Positions 18,392-26,809 of a stretch of DNA of 32,000 nt are shown here, piece after piece (position 1 is the first letter of the stretch; each line of letters starts with the position of its first letter). A program made the translations under genes and the position numbers. The DNA comes from Mycobacterium tuberculosis H37Rv (GTDB lineage: Bacteria > Actinomycetota > Actinomycetes > Mycobacteriales > Mycobacteriaceae): the NCBI RefSeq assembly GCF_000195955.2, contig NC_000962.3:2910001-2942000 (forward strand), read 5' to 3'. The notes below the pieces were generated by a model. That model was given only the letters and a program-made list of their open reading frames with translations. It was not told the DNA's origin and did no database searches.

Positions 18392-19959
18392 CGTCCACCC
18401 GGCAGGCGGGCGAAGCCACCGAAGCTTCGGTACGGTGGCGGGCCGTGCTGCTGGCCGCGGTCGCGGCGTGCGCGGCCTGCGGTCTCGTTTACGAGCTCGC
18501 GCTGCTGACACTGGCGGCGAGCCTGAACGGCGGCGGGATCGTGGCCACCTCCCTGATCGTCGCGGGCTACATAGCCGCGCTGGGAGCAGGCGCCTTGCTG
18601 ATCAAGCCGCTACTTGCACACGCGGCCATCGCGTTCATCGCCGTGGAGGCGGTGCTGGGCATCATCGGCGGATTGTCCGCGGCGGCGCTGTATGCGGCGT
18701 TCGCGTTCCTGGACGAGCTCGACGGGTCGACGCTGGTTCTTGCGGTGGGCACCGCCCTGATCGGCGGGCTGGTCGGCGCCGAGGTGCCGCTGCTGATGAC
18801 GCTGTTGCAGCGCGGCCGCGTGGCAGGGGCCGCCGATGCCGGACGCACCCTGGCCAACCTCAACGCGGCCGACTATCTGGGCGCGTTGGTCGGCGGGCTG
18901 GCCTGGCCATTCCTGCTGCTGCCGCAGTTAGGGATGATCCGCGGTGCGGCGGTCACCGGCATCGTCAATCTGGCGGCCGCCGGGGTTGTGTCGATCTTCC
19001 TGCTGCGCCACGTCGTGTCCGGCCGGCAACTGGTGACCGCCTTATGCGCGCTCGCCGCGGCGCTCGGGCTGATCGCCACACTGCTGGTGCATTCCCACGA
19101 CATTGAGACCACCGGCCGCCAACAGCTCTACGCCGACCCGATCATCGCCTACCGACACAGCGCCTACCAGGAAATCGTGGTCACCCGCCGCGGCGATGAC
19201 CTGCGCCTCTACCTGGACGGAGGTTTGCAGTTCTGCACCCGCGACGAATACCGCTACACCGAAAGCCTGGTCTACCCGGCAGTCTCCGATGGCGCGCGTT
19301 CGGTGCTGGTGCTCGGTGGCGGCGACGGACTGGCAGCCCGCGAACTGCTGCGCCAACCCGGCATCGAGCAGATCGTGCAGGTGGAACTCGACCCCGCGGT
19401 CATCGAACTGGCGCGCACCACCCTGCGCGACGTCAACGCCGGTTCGCTGGACAACCCGCGCGTACACGTCGTGATCGACGACGCCATGAGCTGGCTACGC
19501 GGCGCCGCGGTCCCCCCGGCTGGCTTCGACGCAGTGATCGTCGACCTTCGCGACCCCGATACTCCCGTGCTGGGTCGGCTGTATTCCACCGAGTTCTACG
19601 CACTCGCCGCCCGCGCGCTCGCGCCCGGCGGGCTCATGGTCGTGCAGGCAGGCAGCCCGTATTCGACCCCGACTGCGTTCTGGCGCATCATCTCCACGAT
19701 CCGGTCCGCCGGGTATGCCGTCACGCCCTACCACGTGCACGTGCCCACCTTCGGCGACTGGGGATTCGCCCTGGCACGCCTTACAGACATCGCGCCCACC
19801 CCCGCTGTGCCGAGCACTGCCCCTGCACTGCGCTTCCTGGACCAACAGGTGCTCGAGGCCGCGACCGTGTTTTCCGGCGACATCCGGCCCCGCACGTTGG
19901 ACCCGTCGACCCTGGACAATCCGCACATTGTTGAGGACATGCGGCACGGCTGGGACTAG
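18388..19959 (+). CDS. speE: Membrane-fused spermidine/polyamine synthase-like aminopropyltransferase
   Basis: 523-aa ORF. The first ~210 aa are a polytopic hydrophobic domain. The C-terminal half has spermidine-synthase-fold motifs ([42 protein letters not shown]). Confidence 0.9.
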
Positions 19960-20044
19960 CGCACCCATCTAGGGCGGCCAGGGTTTGCACAACGCAGCAC
20001 GGGTTCCGAACGGAACCGGGGCCCGCTCGTAGCCCGGCCATAAA

Positions 20045-20063
20045 AGCATAAAAACAGTATGCT
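20045..20063 (+). promoter_or_regulatory. Putative vapB41 promoter/operator; an inverted repeat overlapping the -10 hexamer predicts a leaderless transcript
   Basis: Arms AGCATA (20045-20050) and TATGCT (20058-20063) flank the 7-nt spacer aaaacag. TATGCT matches TANNNT and its last T is exactly 7 nt before the A of the ATG at 20070. The context is AT-rich and has no SD. Confidence 0.45.
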
Positions 20064-20069
20064 GGGTAA

Positions 20070-20357
20070 ATGAAGACCACGCTCGACCTGCCTGATGAAC
20101 TGATGCGCGCTATCAAGGTCCGCGCGGCGCAGCAGGGCCGCAAGATGAAAGATGTCGTGACCGAACTGCTCAGATCCGGTCTGTCCCAGACGCACAGCGG
20201 GGCTCCAATCCCAACGCCGCGGCGCGTGCAGCTTCCCCTGGTGCATTGCGGTGGCGCGGCTACCCGCGAACAAGAAATGACGCCGGAGCGTGTTGCCGCG
20301 GCCTTGCTCGACCAGGAGGCCCAGTGGTGGTCCGGACACGACGATGCTGCTCTGTGA
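20070..20357 (+). CDS. vapB41: VapB antitoxin (ribbon-helix-helix type)
   Basis: 95-aa ORF MKTTLDLPDELMRAIKVRAAQQGRKMKDVVTELLRSGL..., a typical RHH antitoxin N-terminus. It overlaps the downstream PIN gene by 14 nt. Confidence 0.9.
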   Translation: MKTTLDLPDELMRAIKVRAAQQGRKMKDVVTELLRSGLSQTHSGAPIPTPRRVQLPLVHCGGAATREQEMTPERVAAALLDQEAQWWSGHDDAAL

Positions 20358-20784
20358 CACCAACATCTGGCTGGCGTTGGCGCTTTCCGGACACGTGCAC
20401 CACAGGGCCTCGCGCGCATGGCTAGACACCATCAACGCGCCCGGAGTCATCCACTTTTGCCGCGCAACCCAACAGTCGCTCCTTCGGCTGTTGACGAATC
20501 GGACGGTGCTGGGCGCGTATGGCAGCCCACCACTGACCAACCGCGAAGCGTGGGCGGCCTATGCCGCGTTCCTGGATGACGACCGCATCGTGCTGGCCGG
20601 CGCCGAACCTGATGGTTTGGAGGCCCAGTGGAGAGCCTTCGCCGTTCGCCAGTCGCCGGCGCCCAAGGTTTGGATGGATGCCTACCTAGCTGCTTTCGCA
20701 CTTACCGGTGGATTCGAGTTGGTGACGACTGACACCGCCTTCACCCAGTACGGCGGAATCGAGCTGCGGCTCCTGGCCAAGTGA
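20344..20784 (+). CDS. vapC41: VapC PIN-domain ribonuclease toxin
   Basis: 146 aa from the ATG at 20344 (MLLCDTNIWLALAL, with the first PIN Asp). Later conserved Asp residues are present (VWMDAYLAAFAL, LVTTDTAF). The listed 164-aa ORF extends upstream into vapB41. Confidence 0.88.
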   Translation: MLLCDTNIWLALALSGHVHHRASRAWLDTINAPGVIHFCRATQQSLLRLLTNRTVLGAYGSPPLTNREAWAAYAAFLDDDRIVLAGAEPDGLEAQWRAFAVRQSPAPKVWMDAYLAAFALTGGFELVTTDTAFTQYGGIELRLLAK

Positions 20785-20804
20785 CAGCGCAAGCCCCGCA
20801 GTGC

Positions 20805-21560
20805 TCACTCGTCGTCGAGGGCGGCCAGCACCTCGTCGGACACGTCGACGTTGGTCCACACGTTCTGCACGTCGTCACTGTCTTCTAGCGCGTCGACGAG
20901 CTTGAACACTTTCCGTGCGCCGTCCAGGTCCACGGGCACGCTGACCGAGGGTTGAAAGCTGGCCTCGGCCGATTCGTAATCGATGCCGGCATCTTGCAAA
21001 GCGCTACGAACCGCGACCAGTTCCGCGGGCTCGGAGATGACCTCGAAACTGTCGCCCAGGTCGTTGACGTCCTCGGCACCGGCTTCCAGAACAGCCGCCA
21101 GCACATCGTCTTCGGTCAAGCCGTTCTTTTCCAGGGTCACCACGCCTTTGCGGGAGAACAGGTAGGACACCGACCCCGGATCGGCCATGGTGCCACCATT
21201 GCGCGTCATCGCCACCCGCACCTCGCTGGCGGCGCGATTGCGGTTGTCGGTCAGACACTCGATCAGCACCGCCACCCCGTTGGGCGCGTAGCCCTCGTAC
21301 ATGATGGTCTGCCAGTCGGCGCCGCCGGCCTCCTCGCCGGCGCCGCGCTTGCGGGCCCGTTCGATGTTCTCGTTGGGAACCGAGCTCTTCTTCGCCTTCT
21401 GAATCGCGTCGTAGAGCGTGGGGTTGCCGGCCGGATCACCGCCACCGACACGCGCCGCCACCTCGATGTTCTTGATCAGCCGGGCGAACATCTTGCCGCG
21501 GCGGGCGTCGACGACGGCCTTCTTGTGCTTGGTGGTGGCCCACTTGGAATGGCCGCTCAT
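20805..21560 (-). CDS. YebC/PmpR (TACO1) family probable transcriptional/translational regulator (Rv2603c equivalent)
   Basis: 251-aa ORF with the hallmark N-terminus [15 protein letters not shown] and family-typical length. Confidence 0.95.
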
Positions 21561-21692
21561 CGCAGTGATTTACCTCTTCTGTTGCTCGTTCGCCAGACGA
21601 GTCTACGTGGGGGTTGTGGGCGGCGAGCCAACCGGCACGAGCAGACACAAAAGCTCCAAATTTCGGCCTGAAACGGGTGCTTTTGCGACTGC

Positions 21693-22289
21693 TCACGCCG
21701 CGGAGGTGACGATGTCGACGAACAACTGATGAATGCGGCGATCGCCGGTCATCTCCGGATGAAACGCGGTGGCAAGCACCGCACCCTGGCGCACCGCGAC
21801 GATGTGCCCCGCCGCGCGGGCCAGCACCTGCACACCGTCACCGACTCGCTCAACCCATGGCGCCCGGATGAACACCGCGCGCACCGGATCGTCTAGACCA
21901 GCGAACTCGATATCGCCTTCAAACGAGTCAACCTGACTTCCAAAAGCATTGCGCCGCACCGTCATATTCATCGCACGCAGGGGCAGCGCCTGGCGGCCTG
22001 CCGCACCGGCGTCCAGGATCTCGCTGGCCAACAGAATCATGCCCGCGCACGAACCATAGGCCGGAAGCCCATCGGCGAGCCGGGCCCGCAGCGGTCCCAG
22101 CAGGTCGAGGTCGAGCAGCAGGTGGCTCATCGTGGTGGATTCCCCGCCCGGGATGACCAGCGCGTCCACCGCGTCAAGTTCGTCGCGGCGCCGCACCGTC
22201 ATCGGCTCGGCCCCGCATTCGCGCAGCGCAGCCAGGTGCTCCCGGGTGTCGCCCTGCAGCGCCAGCACCCCGACCCGTGGAACGCTCAC
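21693..22289 (-). CDS. pdxT: Pyridoxal 5'-phosphate synthase glutaminase subunit PdxT
   Basis: 198-aa ORF with a GTG start. It shows class I glutamine amidotransferase features ([10 protein letters not shown], a nucleophile Cys in [10 protein letters not shown], and FHPE near the C-terminus). Confidence 0.95.
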   Translation of the reverse strand: MSVPRVGVLALQGDTREHLAALRECGAEPMTVRRRDELDAVDALVIPGGESTTMSHLLLDLDLLGPLRARLADGLPAYGSCAGMILLASEILDAGAAGRQALPLRAMNMTVRRNAFGSQVDSFEGDIEFAGLDDPVRAVFIRAPWVERVGDGVQVLARAAGHIVAVRQGAVLATAFHPEMTGDRRIHQLFVDIVTSAA

Positions 22290-22296
22290 AGCCCGC

Positions 22297-23142
22297 TCAC
22301 TGCCCCACCGACCGGTGACCGCGCCGGTGGCGGGTCAGCCCCTCCTGCATGACCGCCGCGACCATCTCCCCGGACCGTGTGAAAATCTCGCCCCGAGTCA
22401 GCGCACGACCGCCGCTGGCCGACGGCGACGACTGGTCGTACAGCAACCACTCGTCGGCGCGGAAGGGTCGCATGAACCACATCGCATGGTCCAGCGATGC
22501 CACCTGCAGCTGGTCGCGCACATCGAGGTGGTTGACTTGTGCCGATCCCAGCAGCGTGAGGTCGCTCATGTAGGCGAGTGCACAGATGTGCAACACCGGG
22601 TCGTCGGGCAACGGGTCACGGTGGCGAAGCCACACCTGCTGCTGGGAAGCCTTGCCCGGCAAAAGCCGCAGGCGCTCCCGGGGCACGATGCACACGTCCC
22701 ACTCGTCGAACTGCCGGAACCCGGCATCATCGAAAACCTTGATCGAGTTCAACCCCGGCAGGCCGTCGGGCGGCGGCGCCGCTGGCATAACGTCTTGGTG
22801 GGTAATGCCCTCCTGTTCGGTCTGGAACGACGCCGCCATGCTGAATATGGTTTCCCCGTGCTGGACTGCGTTGACCCGCCTGGTGCAGAACGATCCACCG
22901 TCGCGGATGCGTTCGACCAGAAAAACCGTGCGCTCCTTGGCATCTCCAGGCCGAAGAAAATAGCCGTGCAGCGAGTGCACCATGTACCGCGGGTCGACGG
23001 TGCGCACCGCCGACACCAGCGACTGGCCGGCTACATGACCACCGAAAGTGCGTTGCAGGAAGCCCGATTCGGGGCTGAACACGCTTCCTCGGTAGATGTT
23101 GACCTCAAGTTGCTCAAGATCAAGGATCTCTTCGATCGACAC
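22297..23142 (-). CDS. tesB2: Acyl-CoA thioesterase II (double hot-dog fold)
   Basis: 281 aa from the GTG at 23140-23142 ([22 protein letters not shown]...), which is the TesB-type N-terminus. The listed 359-aa ORF is a 5' over-extension that runs into pdxS. Confidence 0.9.
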   Translation of the reverse strand: MSIEEILDLEQLEVNIYRGSVFSPESGFLQRTFGGHVAGQSLVSAVRTVDPRYMVHSLHGYFLRPGDAKERTVFLVERIRDGGSFCTRRVNAVQHGETIFSMAASFQTEQEGITHQDVMPAAPPPDGLPGLNSIKVFDDAGFRQFDEWDVCIVPRERLRLLPGKASQQQVWLRHRDPLPDDPVLHICALAYMSDLTLLGSAQVNHLDVRDQLQVASLDHAMWFMRPFRADEWLLYDQSSPSASGGRALTRGEIFTRSGEMVAAVMQEGLTRHRRGHRSVGQ

Positions 23143-23170
23143 GCGATGACCGTCTGCTCGTCGCGGGTTC

Positions 23171-24070
23171 TCACCAGCCGCGCTGGGCGAGCCGATGACC
23201 GACAGCGATCTCGTCCACGTTGATGCCCACCATCGCCTCGCCCAGCCCGCGCGACACCTTGGCCAGCACATCGGGATCGTCGAAGAACGTGGTGGCCTTG
23301 ACGATCGCGGCGGCGCGGTGCTCAGGGGCGCCGGACTTGAAAATACCGGAACCCACGAAGACGCCCTCGGCGCCAAGCTGCATCATCATCGCCGCGTCGG
23401 CGGGCGTGGCGATACCCCCGGCGGTGAACAGTGTGACCGGCAACTTGCCCGCCCGAGCTACCTCGGCAACGAGTTCATAGGGCGCTTGCAATTCTTTTGC
23501 CGCGACAAACAATTCGTCCTCCGACATCGACGTCAACCGGCGGATCTCACCACCGATGGCCCGCATGTGTGTGGTCGCGTTGGAGACGTCTCCGGTCCCG
23601 GCCTCGCCCTTGGACCGGATCATGGCCGCTCCCTCGCTGATGCGCCTCAACGCCTCACCGAGATTGGTCGCCCCACACACGAAAGGCACCGTGAAGTTCC
23701 ACTTGTCGATATGGTGGGCGTAGTCAGCGGGCGTCAGCACCTCGGACTCGTCGATGTAGTCGACGCCCAACGTCTGCAGGATCTGCGCCTCGACAAAGTG
23801 GCCGATGCGCACTTTAGCCATCACCGGGATGGTGACCGCGGCGATGATGCCCTCGATCATGTCGGGGTCACTCATCCGCGACACCCCGCCCTGGGCGCGG
23901 ATATCGGCGGGCACCCTTTCCAACGCCATTACCGCAACCGCACCGGCGCCCTCGGCGATGCGGGCCTGCTCCGGGGTGACAACGTCCATGATGACGCCGC
24001 CCTTGAGCATCTCGGCCATGCCGCGCTTGACCCGCGCCGTACCGGTCGCTGGGTTACCTGCAGGATCCAT
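23171..24070 (-). CDS. pdxS: Pyridoxal 5'-phosphate synthase lyase subunit PdxS
   Basis: 299 aa from the ATG at 24068-24070, preceded by GAGGAGG. It carries PdxS/SNZ signatures ([26 protein letters not shown]). Confidence 0.95.
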
Positions 24071-24153
24071 GGTGCCTCCTCTTGTCCCCACTACGATACG
24101 ACCGCTACCGCGCCGGTCTGCTAGCCACTCAGGGGCGTGGCCAGGACGCCGAT

Positions 24154-24162
24154 TGGTAAATT
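24154..24162 (+). promoter_or_regulatory. Putative extended -10 promoter element for pdxH (TGGTAAATT)
   Basis: TGG (24154-24156) is directly followed by TAAATT (24157-24162), about 35 nt upstream of the pdxH ATG. A GGAGG SD sits at 24189-24193. The same 9-mer occurs at the vapB40 promoter. Confidence 0.4.
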
Positions 24163-24197
24163 ACGAATCCCTCAGCCGTGCAGCACCGGAGGCCGGA

Positions 24198-24872
24198 ATG
24201 GACGATGACGCCCAAATGGTCGCGATCGATAAAGACCAATTGGCAAGGATGCGTGGCGAATACGGCCCGGAGAAGGATGGCTGCGGAGATCTGGACTTCG
24301 ACTGGCTCGACGACGGCTGGCTCACGCTGCTGCGGCGCTGGTTGAACGATGCACAACGCGCCGGAGTGAGTGAACCGAACGCGATGGTGCTCGCCACCGT
24401 TGCCGACGGAAAACCGGTGACCCGTTCGGTACTTTGCAAAATCCTGGACGAGTCCGGTGTCGCGTTCTTTACCAGCTACACCTCCGCCAAAGGCGAGCAG
24501 CTCGCCGTGACACCATACGCATCGGCAACCTTTCCCTGGTACCAGCTAGGTCGCCAGGCACACGTACAGGGCCCAGTCAGCAAGGTCAGCACCGAGGAGA
24601 TATTCACGTATTGGTCCATGCGCCCCCGGGGCGCGCAGCTGGGTGCGTGGGCCTCGCAGCAGTCGCGCCCGGTCGGTTCTCGCGCCCAGCTCGATAACCA
24701 GCTCGCCGAGGTGACGCGTCGCTTCGCCGACCAGGACCAGATCCCGGTGCCCCCAGGATGGGGCGGCTACCGCATCGCTCCGGAAATCGTGGAATTCTGG
24801 CAGGGCCGGGAGAACCGCATGCACAACCGAATCCGCGTCGCCAATGGCCGGCTGGAACGGTTGCAACCCTGA
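24198..24872 (+). CDS. pdxH: Pyridoxamine/pyridoxine 5'-phosphate oxidase
   Basis: 224 aa from the ATG at 24198 ([22 protein letters not shown]...). The C-terminal signature [16 protein letters not shown] is typical of PdxH. The listed 355-aa ORF extends antisense across pdxS and is rejected. Confidence 0.92.
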   Translation: MDDDAQMVAIDKDQLARMRGEYGPEKDGCGDLDFDWLDDGWLTLLRRWLNDAQRAGVSEPNAMVLATVADGKPVTRSVLCKILDESGVAFFTSYTSAKGEQLAVTPYASATFPWYQLGRQAHVQGPVSKVSTEEIFTYWSMRPRGAQLGAWASQQSRPVGSRAQLDNQLAEVTRRFADQDQIPVPPGWGGYRIAPEIVEFWQGRENRMHNRIRVANGRLERLQP

Positions 24873-25045
24873 TCGTCGAGTCTGGCCACCTCGCGGGCGA
24901 AGTTTGACGGAACCTCGCAGATCTTGCCGGACATGCCATAGAGTCTTTGACCGGAATGCCCGCTGACCCGTGACGACGCGGTCACCGGGGATACCCGCCG
25001 CGGTGGTGGCCAACCGATAACGGCCAACCGAGAAAGTACACAGCG

Positions 25046-26788
25046 ATGAATTTCGCCGTTTTGCCGCCGGAGGTGAATTCGGCGCGCATATTCGCCGGTG
25101 CGGGCCTGGGCCCAATGCTGGCGGCGGCGTCGGCCTGGGACGGGTTGGCCGAGGAGTTGCATGCCGCGGCGGGCTCGTTCGCGTCGGTGACCACCGGGTT
25201 GGCGGGCGACGCGTGGCATGGTCCGGCGTCGCTGGCGATGACCCGCGCGGCCAGCCCGTATGTGGGGTGGTTGAACACGGCGGCGGGTCAGGCCGCGCAG
25301 GCGGCCGGCCAGGCGCGGCTAGCGGCGAGCGCGTTCGAGGCGACGCTGGCGGCCACCGTGTCTCCAGCGATGGTCGCGGCCAACCGGACACGGCTGGCGT
25401 CGCTGGTGGCAGCCAACTTGCTGGGCCAGAACGCCCCGGCGATCGCGGCCGCGGAGGCTGAATACGAGCAGATATGGGCCCAGGACGTGGCCGCGATGTT
25501 CGGCTATCACTCCGCCGCGTCGGCGGTGGCCACGCAGCTGGCGCCTATTCAAGAGGGTTTGCAGCAGCAGCTGCAAAACGTGCTGGCCCAGTTGGCTAGC
25601 GGGAACCTGGGCAGCGGAAATGTGGGCGTCGGCAACATCGGCAACGACAACATTGGCAACGCAAACATCGGCTTCGGAAATCGAGGCGACGCCAACATCG
25701 GCATCGGGAATATCGGCGACAGAAACCTCGGCATTGGGAACACCGGCAATTGGAATATCGGCATCGGCATCACCGGCAACGGACAAATCGGCTTCGGCAA
25801 GCCTGCCAACCCCGACGTCTTGGTGGTGGGCAACGGCGGCCCGGGAGTAACCGCGTTGGTCATGGGCGGCACCGACAGCCTACTGCCGCTGCCCAACATC
25901 CCCTTACTCGAGTACGCTGCGCGGTTCATCACCCCCGTGCATCCCGGATACACCGCTACGTTCCTGGAAACGCCATCGCAGTTTTTCCCATTCACCGGGC
26001 TGAATAGCCTGACCTATGACGTCTCCGTGGCCCAGGGCGTAACGAATCTGCACACCGCGATCATGGCGCAACTCGCGGCGGGAAACGAAGTCGTCGTCTT
26101 CGGCACCTCCCAAAGCGCCACGATAGCCACCTTCGAAATGCGCTATCTGCAATCCCTGCCAGCACACCTGCGTCCGGGTCTCGACGAATTGTCCTTTACG
26201 TTGACCGGCAATCCCAACCGGCCCGACGGTGGCATTCTTACGCGTTTTGGCTTCTCCATACCGCAGTTGGGTTTCACATTGTCCGGCGCGACGCCCGCCG
26301 ACGCCTACCCCACCGTCGATTACGCGTTCCAGTACGACGGCGTCAACGACTTCCCCAAATACCCGCTGAATGTCTTCGCGACCGCCAACGCGATCGCGGG
26401 CATCCTTTTCCTGCACTCCGGGTTGATTGCGTTGCCGCCCGATCTTGCCTCGGGCGTGGTTCAACCGGTGTCCTCACCGGACGTCCTGACCACCTACATC
26501 CTGCTGCCCAGCCAAGATCTGCCGCTGCTGGTCCCGCTGCGTGCTATCCCCCTGCTGGGAAACCCGCTTGCCGACCTCATCCAGCCGGACTTGCGGGTGC
26601 TCGTCGAGTTGGGTTATGACCGCACCGCCCACCAGGACGTGCCCAGCCCGTTCGGACTGTTTCCGGACGTCGATTGGGCCGAGGTGGCCGCGGACCTGCA
26701 GCAAGGCGCCGTGCAAGGCGTCAACGACGCCCTGTCCGGACTGGGGCTGCCGCCGCCGTGGCAGCCGGCGCTACCCCGACTTTTCTAA
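25046..26788 (+). CDS. PPE42: PPE family protein with a C-terminal PE-PPE (alpha/beta-hydrolase-like) domain
   Basis: 580-aa ORF. It has an N-terminal PPE domain ([18 protein letters not shown]...), a central block of NxGxG repeats, and a C-terminal ~320-aa domain containing FGTSQSA. Confidence 0.95.
25598..25798 (+). repeat. Tandem 15-nt-period coding repeats (NxGxG pentapeptide repeats) within PPE42
   Basis: The translation reads [67 protein letters not shown] (aa 185-251). At the DNA level, aacatcggc units recur. Confidence 0.9.
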
Positions 26789-26809
26789 GCGGTCCACAAA
26801 CCGTGCACG

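Noticed and set aside
20002-20017. Small hairpin GGTTCC-gaac-GGAACC downstream of speE, considered as an intrinsic terminator
   Set aside because: The stem is only 6 bp and there is no following U-tract. That is too weak to call, and mycobacterial terminators are hard to judge by eye.
21648-21685. CAAAAGC...GCTTTTG inverted repeat between pdxT and the yebC-like gene, considered as a terminator or attenuator
   Set aside because: It has 7-bp arms separated by a 24-nt loop with no convincing inner stem. The predicted stability is low, and it could be chance in a 130-bp spacer.
22132-24124. Long plus-strand ORFs (363 aa at 22132-23223 and 309 aa at 23195-24124) antisense to tesB2 and pdxS
   Set aside because: These are typical high-GC shadow ORFs opposite well-supported genes. 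Their products are Arg/Gly/His-rich with no motifs.
23805-24197. 5' over-extensions of several listed ORFs: pdxH to 23805, tesB2 to 23376, patA to 30298, pgsA1 to 30720, pdxS to 24091, the Rv2599 equivalent to 17399, vapC41 to 20290, and PE_PGRS44 to 11521
   Set aside because: In each case the extension overlaps the neighbouring gene and lacks family homology. An internal start gives the canonical N-terminus with an SD or with a 4-nt start/stop overlap to the upstream gene.
24546-25391. 281-aa minus-strand ORF bridging the pdxH 3' end, the intergenic region and the PPE42 5' end
   Set aside because: The product is a Pro/Arg/Thr-rich low-complexity translation with no domain. It overlaps two well-supported genes on the other strand.
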